This document shows positions 11,501 through 19,538 of a DNA stretch of 64,000 nt, piece by piece (within the stretch, counting starts at the first letter, position 1; each line of letters begins with the position of its first letter). The position numbers and the translations under genes are program-made. The DNA is from Planctomycetota bacterium (GTDB lineage: Bacteria; Planctomycetota; UBA1135; UBA2386). The DNA lies in NCBI GenBank assembly GCA_965223545.1, contig OZ245006.1:64001-128000 (forward strand). Direction: 5' to 3'. The notes beneath the pieces are model-generated. The model had not been told where the DNA came from. It was given only the letters and a program-made list of their open reading frames with translations, and ran no database searches.

Positions 11501-13131
11501 GCGACGGCACGCTGTCGGTCGCGAGCACGACGACCGTGTCCCTGGGCCTGCGGAACGAACGCGTCGCCGCCGCCGGCGATTGTCTACTGGTCGCCCACGC
11601 CCTCGGCTACGCCACCCTCGATGTCACCGTTGACCCGGCCAATCCCGGTGCCCCGGTACCGACGTCGACGACTCAGCGTGGCTGGCGCGACGCCGTGCTC
11701 GATGGCTCGGGGTTCTTGCTGGCGGCGGCGAGCGTCAACGTCTCACCCGCGCCGAGCACGGACCACGTGTACCTGCACCGCCTGCCGGACTGCAGCATGC
11801 CCGGCACGTTCTCGCGCTTCTTCGGCACGCCGGGCATCGCCCGCGCCGTGCAGAGCTACGAGGGCTTGGCCTACGTCGCCGATGACAGCGTCGGCCTGCG
11901 CGTCGTGCGCTACCTCGACCCCGACGTCGGCGGCGAAGCGCCGGAGATCACCTTGACCACCAACGCCCCGGCCGCCGGCATCGAGGAGGGAACCCGCGCC
12001 GTGGTGCGCGCGCAAGTCAGCGACGACGTCCAGGTGCGGAACGTCGACCTCTGGGTCGGCGGCACCCTGGTCGCGACCGATGGCACGTTCCCGTTCGAGA
12101 CCTCGTTCGTCGTGCCGCGGGCGGCGCAGCAGAGCAGCGTGCAGCTGACGGCGCGCGCGCACGACACGGCTGGCAACACGGCGGACGCGACTCCGGTCGA
12201 CCTCATCGTGCTGCCGGACACGACGCCACCAGCGGTGTTGGCGACGCGACCGAGCGACGGCGGCTTCGTCGCCACCGGCGTCGCGCCGTCGATCACCGTC
12301 CGGTTCTCCGAGAACCTCGAGGCGAGCACCGTGACGGCGGATGCGCTGCGCGTGGAGGACGACCAGCAGAACCGACTCCCGGTGGGAGCGGTCTCGTGGC
12401 TGCCGACGATGCGGACCGCGACTTGGACGCTGTCGGCGCCGCTCGACCCCGGCGCCTACACAGCGATCCTCACCAACCGCATCGAGGACGTCGCCGGCAA
12501 CCCGCTGACGCCGCTGAGCTGGGACTTCACCACCGTCGATGGCCGCCTGGTCGTGAGCCACGACGAGTGGACCTTGAGTCCGTCGGGCTTCTCGGCGTCC
12601 GCGACTACGCAAACGTTCGCCGAGAACGTGGCCGACTTCTTCACAGGAGGAGCCAGTGGCAACTTCCTGGTCTACACCGGCAACTTCGGCCTCAACAACA
12701 GCTCGTTCACGGGCGCGTTGACCGCCGCCGGCCACACCGTCACCGTCGATCGCAGCATGCCGTTCACAGCGTCCCTGCTGCAGAACTACGACGGCGTCTT
12801 CCTCGCCTACGATGGCGGTACTCCGCTCGACCCGCAGATCTTGGCCGACTACGTCGCCGGCGGCGGCGGGGTCTACATCGCGGGTGGCACCGGCAGTGGC
12901 GGTGCCGCCGGTGAGGCCGCCGCCTGGAACCCGTTCCTCGACCGCTTCGGCATCGCCTTCGAGTCCCGCTACAACGGAATCGGCGGTACCCGTCCCGTGT
13001 CCAGCACGCACGCCGTGTTTGCCGGAGTGACGAATCTCTACCAGGGCAACGGGGCGACGCTCGTGCCGGTCTCGCAGCCGACGATCGCGACCATCGTCGA
13101 GGGCGGGTTGTACGCGGTGTTCCCGAACTGA
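8596..13131 (+). CDS. Large surface lipoprotein: Ig-like (Big_5/SbsA-type) domains, carboxypeptidase-regulatory-like domain, Cys-rich helical domain, Ca-binding DxDxDG repeats, LVIVD-like propeller
   Basis: Lipobox FAAC followed by poly-Gly. VRFT.PIDPST, DTDADGL.D..E....TDP.NPDTDGDG, AYVADD..GLRVV, DTTPPAV..T.P.DG, DVAGNPL. Confidence 0.85.
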   Translation: MRATPTSVLLAVSMSFAFAACSGGGGGGTPAPRPIQLGDAQVGLTSPQDGEDGVAITRETIVRFTAPIDPSTADDQSLFATVAGARLPARIHVAADRRAATLFYTDPQGLPAGARVRVTVDGDRLRSANGAPADADGDGITGGIGGFEFATLDLTVVPGTEVCGRVLASDFQSGVPLAPLPGVTVSVDGLPGAVTRTDRFGNFCLREIPAGRVFVHIDGTTSTANPPGFYFPSVGKAWETVAGQRTVVGTVHLPAIAEGGLTQVSNNSNTSVSISSAQLQTITDPALQQALAQVVVDVPAGSLFNGASGTRGGSVGLAPVPSNRLPGTLPPGLDLPLVITVQVRGGTDFDEPVPVAFPNLAPAGGQPLPAGAKSALWSFNHDTGRFEVVGPMTVSQDGKTIVTDPGVGIRAPGWHGTQAGSGGSGSPPSGPGPNPCTPSFWDVTKTVYAVAGSLADCAKELLGIKAALNCFLSAKGLLEAMYAQVNNLIKRLEDGNLTAAEAAAIAKELTKKKNQAVGLMGCFENADPSARIKQVVVCSEAALSILNELCKLFDKCTTIWGKEQACNLIALAQGLAAEAKGLLGIFEEYKKKLLMNAFCKALEQALGLLEQYLSLPSARTIGANPTQEEVLAALEAANAWVPQINALEPEIARVNALPASARSLLRQMTDVNSGIVDSAGAPRKAEVLYALLMESDPVSAPRRGRTTTLGTFFEIVPANQVYSLAQYDPANDEFGIATGISSGNGQTTTFHTVALDAVDGLPDTDADGLVDLAEYVAATDPTNPDTDGDGETDFDELRAGTNPLDGVGTAAGTAVAADTPGLAFDVCLDEGVAVVADQQGGISVFNVYAGLTPEWIAVVDTPAPALRVACSEGLAIAAMGAAGAAIVDLRQLPDAAILHEVGGRDIGAVDAAAGVAYTAGSGGDVRAWDLRSGQLLAEVSVGHSVGDLAVQGEYVYALGSAQLTAVHLGDGTLSVASTTTVSLGLRNERVAAAGDCLLVAHALGYATLDVTVDPANPGAPVPTSTTQRGWRDAVLDGSGFLLAAASVNVSPAPSTDHVYLHRLPDCSMPGTFSRFFGTPGIARAVQSYEGLAYVADDSVGLRVVRYLDPDVGGEAPEITLTTNAPAAGIEEGTRAVVRAQVSDDVQVRNVDLWVGGTLVATDGTFPFETSFVVPRAAQQSSVQLTARAHDTAGNTADATPVDLIVLPDTTPPAVLATRPSDGGFVATGVAPSITVRFSENLEASTVTADALRVEDDQQNRLPVGAVSWLPTMRTATWTLSAPLDPGAYTAILTNRIEDVAGNPLTPLSWDFTTVDGRLVVSHDEWTLSPSGFSASATTQTFAENVADFFTGGASGNFLVYTGNFGLNNSSFTGALTAAGHTVTVDRSMPFTASLLQNYDGVFLAYDGGTPLDPQILADYVAGGGGVYIAGGTGSGGAAGEAAAWNPFLDRFGIAFESRYNGIGGTRPVSSTHAVFAGVTNLYQGNGATLVPVSQPTIATIVEGGLYAVFPN

Positions 13132-13134
13132 GCG

Positions 13135-13503
13135 ATGGGGCGGAGCGCGACGCGACCGGGTTCGGTGGCGCGGAGCGGCCCCGCGCCGAGGCCTGCCGTG
13201 CTCTGCATCGCCCTCGCGTTGATCCTCGACATCGCGGCACTCACCCATGGGCTGATCCTGGTTTGGCTGGTGCTCAGCATCAATCGCCGTGATGCGTTGT
13301 ACTGGGACCCGTACTGGGCAGGCGGCGAGATGCATGCCTCGCTGGATGACATCCAGAACGGCGAGGCGCCCGTGTTGCTGTTTCTCGCGGTCACGTTCGC
13401 GCTCGCCGCCGTGGCGGCGGCGTTGGTCTGGCTGCCGCTCTTGACGAGCTGTTGGCAAATGCCACCGCGCGCGTTCTGCAGCGGCTCGGACTCTGGTCAG
13501 TGA
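13135..13503 (+). CDS. Hypothetical membrane protein
   Basis: Two hydrophobic segments. Starts 3 nt after the upstream stop. Confidence 0.4.
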   Translation: MGRSATRPGSVARSGPAPRPAVLCIALALILDIAALTHGLILVWLVLSINRRDALYWDPYWAGGEMHASLDDIQNGEAPVLLFLAVTFALAAVAAALVWLPLLTSCWQMPPRAFCSGSDSGQ

Positions 13504-15677
13504 CCGATGCGTACCGCTATGCCGCCGGTGAGCGCGAGGCCTTGCCACGCGCCGAGCGGATCGACCACGACGCCTTGCGCCCAAAAGCCGATGCCGGCGG
13601 TGCCGAGAGGGACCGGCAGCGCGAAGTCCACCGCACCCGCGGGGTTGGTGGTGCTCAGCAGGCTCGCGAACGCGGCGGTGGGCTCGAGGCGCAGCACACA
13701 GCCGGCACCGAGCGCGATCATTGCCGGCGTCGTCGAGAGCACCAAGCCCGCGGTGGCGCTGGGTCTGGCAGAGACCATGGCCACGCCAAACCCCGGATTT
13801 CCCGGCCACGGTGCGCCGATCCAGCCCAGCGAGGGCTGGCCAGCGGTACCGGCACAACCGGACCCGAGCGCCGACACGCCTCCGGCTAGGTCGGCGCCGT
13901 ACACCCACGTGTCCGCCAGTCGGCGCGTGGTGTAGCCGAGGTTCTCCTCGCCGCCGAACAACACGATGCGGCCAATCGCGGCATTCCAAACCAGCGCGTG
14001 CCCGACGCGGGCGCCGGGGCCCGACGCCAGCGGCACGCGCCGCCATTCGAGTCCGTCGTATTCCCACGTCACGTCCGAGTACGGGCGATCAGAGAACATC
14101 ACGACGACGCCAAGGGTCGGGTCGTAGGCCATTGGCCCGGCGGCCGGCGGGGCATTCTGCGGTCGGCGGCGCGCCCAGTCGGCGCCGTCCCACTCCCAAG
14201 TCTGGCCCGCACCAAACACCACCGTGACCGCCCGACGAACATCGAAGGCCGCGGTGCCGAACTGCAGAGCCGGCACGGTCGCCGGCGCCTTTCGCTGCCA
14301 GGTCGCGCCGTCCCATTCCCACGTGTCGTTGAACGTTGCGGTGTTGTCCCAGCCACCGAACAGAACAGTGCGCGCGCGGATCGAGTCGTAGGCGACCGCG
14401 GCCGCACTGCGCGGAGAAGGACTGGCGGCCGGCGGGGGGCGCGTCCAGCGATTGCCGTCCCAGAGCCAGGTGTCCCCAAGGGGGCGTAGATTCGCATCTT
14501 GTCCACCGAACACGAGCACGCGCTGCCCGGCACCGTCGTAGACCATCGCGTGGTGGATGCGCGCTTGCGGTCGCACCGCGGTGGGGCGCGACGTCCAGCG
14601 CACGCCGTCCCATTCCCAAGTGTCGTCCAAGGCCGGGAAGTCCCATCCACCGAACAGGACCGTGCGCTGCCGCGCCACGTCGTGCGCCAGCCCGTGGAAC
14701 TCGCGGGGCGCGGGACGCTCACCCGCGCTGCGCTCGGCCCAGTCCACGCCATCCCACTCCCAAACCCCGGCGTTGTCCGGCGCGCCCAGCGAAGTACCAC
14801 CGCCAACGAGGACGATGCGCTGGCGGCGCGGGTCGAACACCATCCGGTGCAGCCGCCCCGACGGGGCGGGAGTCGCCGGCGTCGCGCGCGTCCAGTCGGT
14901 CCCGTCCCACTCCCACGTGTCGACCAACGCCGTCGCCCCGCCGACCATCACGACGCGCTGGCGAGTTGGGTCGTAGGCCATCGCATGTTCGGCGCGCGCC
15001 GGCGGCACGTTGGCTGGAAAGCGCTCGTGCCAGTTTGCGCCATCCCATTCCCACGTGTCTGACAAGAGGCCAAGCTGCGGGTCGTAGCCCCCGAACAACA
15101 CGACTTGCCGGCGGACGGCATCCCACGCCAGATCGCCGACGCGACGGCCACTGCCGGGAGGGCTGGTGGTGGGGGTCCGCCGCAGCCAATCGGCGCCGTC
15201 CCATTCCCAAGTCTGCCCGCGCCCGACCAGCACGACGCGCTGCCGAGCGCCGTCGTAGGCCATGGGTGCCGCGAACGGCGCTGGTGTCGGTGGAGTTCGC
15301 TGCAGCCACGCGACCCCGTCCCACTCCCAGGTCTCGGTGTTGCCGCCGTTCACCGCGGCCAGCAGGAGTACGCGTGCGCGCCCGGCGTCGCCCACGGCGT
15401 GGATGGTCAGCGGACTGAGCGGAGCCATTGCCGATGAGCGTGTCGACCAGCGCGTCCCGTCCCACTCCCAGGTCTCGAGCTCAACGGGGCCGAGGACCCC
15501 GACGGGGTACTGCAGTGCGAGCGTGCGTTGCCGCGCCGCGTCGTGGGCGAGGGCGAGCGACCAAGCACTGCCCTGGGCGGGCCGATAGGTCCAGGCGGTC
15601 TGGCTCGTCGCGCGGTCGCCGGACACCGATGCGAACAAGATAGGTAGGCCAGCGAGAAGAAGGGGGCTGGTGCGCAT
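13497..15677 (-). CDS. Secreted Kelch/galactose-oxidase-like beta-propeller protein (about 12 TWEWDG repeats) with C-terminal beta domain
   Basis: Repeated MAYD..R.RVVLFGG...DTWEWDG..W. N-terminal signal peptide. Confidence 0.9.
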   Translation of the reverse strand: MRTSPLLLAGLPILFASVSGDRATSQTAWTYRPAQGSAWSLALAHDAARQRTLALQYPVGVLGPVELETWEWDGTRWSTRSSAMAPLSPLTIHAVGDAGRARVLLLAAVNGGNTETWEWDGVAWLQRTPPTPAPFAAPMAYDGARQRVVLVGRGQTWEWDGADWLRRTPTTSPPGSGRRVGDLAWDAVRRQVVLFGGYDPQLGLLSDTWEWDGANWHERFPANVPPARAEHAMAYDPTRQRVVMVGGATALVDTWEWDGTDWTRATPATPAPSGRLHRMVFDPRRQRIVLVGGGTSLGAPDNAGVWEWDGVDWAERSAGERPAPREFHGLAHDVARQRTVLFGGWDFPALDDTWEWDGVRWTSRPTAVRPQARIHHAMVYDGAGQRVLVFGGQDANLRPLGDTWLWDGNRWTRPPPAASPSPRSAAAVAYDSIRARTVLFGGWDNTATFNDTWEWDGATWQRKAPATVPALQFGTAAFDVRRAVTVVFGAGQTWEWDGADWARRRPQNAPPAAGPMAYDPTLGVVVMFSDRPYSDVTWEYDGLEWRRVPLASGPGARVGHALVWNAAIGRIVLFGGEENLGYTTRRLADTWVYGADLAGGVSALGSGCAGTAGQPSLGWIGAPWPGNPGFGVAMVSARPSATAGLVLSTTPAMIALGAGCVLRLEPTAAFASLLSTTNPAGAVDFALPVPLGTAGIGFWAQGVVVDPLGAWQGLALTGGIAVRIGH

Positions 15678-15704
15678 GGAGGGCCTCGCCACGGGGAGCG
15701 TGTT

Positions 15705-18371
15705 CTACCGGATGATCACATCGGTCGTCGTGTTCGTCAGTCGCGCTTGCAACGGGTACGGAACCACGACCGCCTGGGCGTGGATCGTCTTTCCCGCCAG
15801 CGCAGGCAGAGTCGGGACAGTGAAGGCGATCGACCCCACTCCGCTCAGGGGCGCGATCAGGAACGGCGGCAAGACCAAAGTTCGAGCCGGCGCCAGACCG
15901 ACGGTCCCGAGCGGAGGTAGGGGGATGGAAGCCGCCGCCGTGGAAACGAAGGGAAGGGCCAGGTCGACGGTTCCCGGCGGACCGCGGCGCGCGTAGACAT
16001 CGAGCCGATACAGGTGGCCAAGACGGGGGACCAGAGGCACGTCGAGTTGACGAGTCAGGTTGGTGTAGAGGCGGTCGGCGCCGTACGCGCCGAACACGAC
16101 GTCCAGGTCCGCGTCGCCATCCACGTCACCGATCGCGAGACAGACGCTTTCGTCATCGCCGGGCATGTACGCAGAGGTCGCGTCGACGAACGTGCCCGCG
16201 CCATCATTCAATAGCAGTCGGTTTGGCATCGGTGGTGACAGGTATGCGATCTTCGCGTTCCCGAACACGATGTCGAGGTCACCGTACGCGTCGACGTCAG
16301 CCAGCGCCACACCGCTTGTAGCGTCCGCGCTCACCGGTAATCGGAGCGCGGTGGCTTCGGAGTAGACGCCGGCGCCATCGTTCAGGTAGAGGCGGTCGGG
16401 CTCCGTGGAGAAGTAGCGCGTGAGGCCATTCGCGATCACGAGGTCGAGATCTCCATCGCTGTCGACATCTCCCAAAGCCAAGGACGTGGTTGGGTCGGAA
16501 ACGCTCGGCATCCGCATCGAGGTCGCATCGAAGTAACCACCAGCACCATCGTTGATGTAGAGGCGGTTCTGCCCTCCGAGTGGCAGCGGCGAGTTGCCGA
16601 TGATTGCGTCGAGATCGCCGTCTCCGTCGACATCACCCAACACAACGGCGTTGGTGCTGTCGCCATCGGCGGGAAAGCGAGCTGCCGTCGCATCTTGGAA
16701 CGTGCCCGCGCCATCGTTGATGTACAAGCGGTTCTGGCCAGAGTTTCCAATCACGAGGTCCAAGTCGCCGTCGCGATCGATGTCGCCGAGAGCGACGGCC
16801 GACGTGAGGTCACTGTCGCTCGGCATCCGAATCCCGGTGAGGTCGGCGAATTTGCCGGTGCCGTCATTCACCAGGAGCCGGTTCTGCGAGGCGTAGTTGC
16901 CCAAGAGAAGATCGAGGTCGCCATCACCGTCGATATCGCCGAGTGCCGCCGTGGTCGTCCGATCGTCGCCGGAAGGCAGGCTGCGGAGTGATTGGTCGGT
17001 GAACGCACCGTCGCCAGAGTTGACGTACACGCGGTTTGGCTGCGGCGCCGGCCCGTTCCCGACGACGAGGTCCAGGTCGCGATCCCCGTCGATGTCTCCG
17101 AGCAAAATGGTAGTCGTATCGTCCTGACTCGCGGGAATACGTGCCCCGGTCGCTTCGGTGAAAGCCCCGCTACCTCCGTTGAAGCAAAGTCGATTCTGCT
17201 GGTAGAGGTTGCCGAAGATCGCGTCGAGATCTCCGTCCCCATCTACATCACCGAGGGCTGCTGCCAGGCTGACATCTCCTCCTGCAGGCACGTTCGGGGC
17301 CGTGGCGTCTCGGTAAGTGCCAGCGCCGTCGTTGATGTACAGCCGGTTCTGGCCCGGGACCAGATACACGGATCCGATCGCGAACAGGATGTCGAGGTCG
17401 TTGTCGCCGTCGACATCCCCGAACGCGATCGACCACGAGCTGTCGTTGTCTCTGGGGAGTCGAGCAGTGGCATCCCGAAAAACCCCAGAGCCATCGTTGA
17501 GATAGAGTTGGTCTTGCGCGGGCAGCACGCCAAACGGATCGATGGCGTTGCCGAAGACCGCGTCCAGGTCGTTGTCGCCGTCGACATCTCCTAGGGCGAC
17601 GGACACGATCTGCTGGGCAGATCGAGGCATACTCGTCCCCGTGGTGTCGACGAAGGTGCCGGAGCCGTCGTTGCGGTAGACCAGACTGTGCGACAGGTTC
17701 TTGCCGAGGACGACGTCCAAGTCGCCGTCACCGTCGATATCGCCGAGCGCCACGGCCACGATGTCGTGCTGCCCCCCGGGCATGCGTTGCGCGGTGGCGT
17801 CGATGTAGGTTCCGGTGCCGTCATTGACGAGGAGTCGAGCACCTACAGTGTCCCCGAAGACCGCGTCCAGATCTCCGTCGGCGTCTACATCACCGAGCGC
17901 AACGACCTCACTGCTGTAGAACGCGCGTGGCATCCGGGTGCCGGTGGCCTCCGCGAAGCGCCCGCTGCCGTCGTTGAGCCATAGTCGGTCCTGTCCCGCA
18001 ACCGCCAGCATGATGTCCAGGTCGTTGTCTCCATCGACGTCACCGAGAGCGACCCCGTAAACGCGATCGGAGAAAGTCGGCAGGTTCGGGGTCGCGTCGA
18101 TAAAGATGCCGGTGCTGTCATTGAGGGACAAACGGCTTTGCGCGTAGTAGTTCGCAAACACCACGTCAAGGTCCCCGTCGCCATCGACATCGCCTAGGGC
18201 AACCCCGAGTGTAGGGTCTACATCGGCCGGCAACCCTTGGCCGCGGAGTTCCTCAAACAGGCGCTGGGCCGGACCGCACATCGCGAGCATTCCCACTGAG
18301 ATCGCGATCGTTGCGAGTTGGACGAGAGCTCGGTCGAGGAGTCTGCAAACCGATCGTACGAGGATGCGCAT
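15705..18371 (-). CDS. Secreted FG-GAP/VCBS-repeat protein (14 repeats) with C-terminal beta domain
   Basis: 14 copies of ALGDVDGDGDLD...NRLYLNDG.G.F. Signal-like N-terminus; start uncertain. Confidence 0.9.
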   Translation of the reverse strand: MRILVRSVCRLLDRALVQLATIAISVGMLAMCGPAQRLFEELRGQGLPADVDPTLGVALGDVDGDGDLDVVFANYYAQSRLSLNDSTGIFIDATPNLPTFSDRVYGVALGDVDGDNDLDIMLAVAGQDRLWLNDGSGRFAEATGTRMPRAFYSSEVVALGDVDADGDLDAVFGDTVGARLLVNDGTGTYIDATAQRMPGGQHDIVAVALGDIDGDGDLDVVLGKNLSHSLVYRNDGSGTFVDTTGTSMPRSAQQIVSVALGDVDGDNDLDAVFGNAIDPFGVLPAQDQLYLNDGSGVFRDATARLPRDNDSSWSIAFGDVDGDNDLDILFAIGSVYLVPGQNRLYINDGAGTYRDATAPNVPAGGDVSLAAALGDVDGDGDLDAIFGNLYQQNRLCFNGGSGAFTEATGARIPASQDDTTTILLGDIDGDRDLDLVVGNGPAPQPNRVYVNSGDGAFTDQSLRSLPSGDDRTTTAALGDIDGDGDLDLLLGNYASQNRLLVNDGTGKFADLTGIRMPSDSDLTSAVALGDIDRDGDLDLVIGNSGQNRLYINDGAGTFQDATAARFPADGDSTNAVVLGDVDGDGDLDAIIGNSPLPLGGQNRLYINDGAGGYFDATSMRMPSVSDPTTSLALGDVDSDGDLDLVIANGLTRYFSTEPDRLYLNDGAGVYSEATALRLPVSADATSGVALADVDAYGDLDIVFGNAKIAYLSPPMPNRLLLNDGAGTFVDATSAYMPGDDESVCLAIGDVDGDADLDVVFGAYGADRLYTNLTRQLDVPLVPRLGHLYRLDVYARRGPPGTVDLALPFVSTAAASIPLPPLGTVGLAPARTLVLPPFLIAPLSGVGSIAFTVPTLPALAGKTIHAQAVVVPYPLQARLTNTTTDVIIR

Positions 18372-18720
18372 GGCGTCGACCGCCGCTGGTACACTGATCG
18401 CCCACCACAGTATCACAGTTGGGGCCCGCGCCACCGGCGCGGTGGCTCGAGCCCGCCTGCGAGCACGACCTGCAACGACACCCTGGCATACTGGCCGCTC
18501 AGGAGCGAGCGAGCTCGATGGGAGCCGGCACTCTTGCGGCGTCAACGCCATCGTGTGTGTGGAAGATCACCAGGCTCTTTGCCATCGGGCGGAGAATCAC
18601 CGCGTAGGTCTCGCGGGGAGTTCCGGCTCTTCCAGCGGTTGCGTCGTGACCAGAAAGCCGATGGTCACGGGGCGCTGCCGTGCCGCGTCCCGGGCACCGG
18701 ATTCGAGAAAAGACGAAGTC

Positions 18721-18772
18721 GGCCAGGATTTCCTGGGGGATCGGGGGCCGGCTCCGATTCTCGCCTGCATGC
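18721..18772 (+). promoter_or_regulatory. Repeated 52-bp intergenic motif, copy 1 (candidate ECF promoter)
   Basis: 43/52 nt identical, without gaps, to 22908-22959. Ends TCTCGCCTGCATGC. Confidence 0.6.
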
Positions 18773-18840
18773 AGACCCAACCTCGTCAGATTGGAGCCCT
18801 CGTGGCCGTCCTCCTCGGCACCGCGCTGGGCCTGCTGGCC

Positions 18841-19497
18841 TCAGCGCCGCTCCTCGAGCGACGCCAGCAAGCGCACGCCCGCGCGGCTGATCCGATGACT
18901 CACCGCCTTCTCGGTCACGCCCATGCGCTCGGCGATCTCCCGCTGGGTCAGCCCCACGACCCGGGCCAGCAGCAGCATCTCGCGGTCGTCCTTGGGCAGC
19001 CGGTCCATCGCCTGTTCGATGCGCAGCGCCTGCTCGTGGGCGATCGCGTGCTGGCTCGGGCTGGGCTCGAGGCTGCACAGGGTCGCGTACAGGTCCGCGC
19101 CGACCGACGACCGGCCGTCGTCGCCGGCCTCGGCGCGCGCCTCGCGCGCGACGTCCCGTTTCTGGGCGCGGTGGAACTCGCCCTTCTGCCGCACCTTGTT
19201 GAGCGCCGCGGTGAACAGCCAGGCGCGGAAGCTGCCCGCACCGCGGAACTCGAAGCCCGGCAGGTCCTCCAGCACCTCGCGGCAGACCGATTGCACCAGG
19301 TCCGACTGCGACTCGCGGACCCGGAGGCGGGGGTCGACCTGCAGGCGGACGAAAGCGCGCAGATCGCCGAGGTGCTCGCCGATCAGCTGATCGAGCGCAC
19401 CCGGCTCCCGTTGCAGGGCGGCGCGGACCGTGATCTCGGTGCGGTCATCCTTCGATGGCGAACCGGGTCCACGGGGAGCACCTGCGATATCCTGCAT
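18841..19497 (-). CDS. ECF sigma-70 factor (kinase-associated, planctomycete type)
   Basis: Region 2 LRAFVRLQV...RESQSDLVQSV, FRAWL. Region 4 LP.DDRE.LLL....GL..REIAERMG.TE.AV. Confidence 0.92.
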   Translation of the reverse strand: MQDIAGAPRGPGSPSKDDRTEITVRAALQREPGALDQLIGEHLGDLRAFVRLQVDPRLRVRESQSDLVQSVCREVLEDLPGFEFRGAGSFRAWLFTAALNKVRQKGEFHRAQKRDVAREARAEAGDDGRSSVGADLYATLCSLEPSPSQHAIAHEQALRIEQAMDRLPKDDREMLLLARVVGLTQREIAERMGVTEKAVSHRISRAGVRLLASLEERR

Positions 19498-19538
19498 GGT
19501 CTCCCATGCTACGGCGCGGGAGGCCCGATGTGGATGCG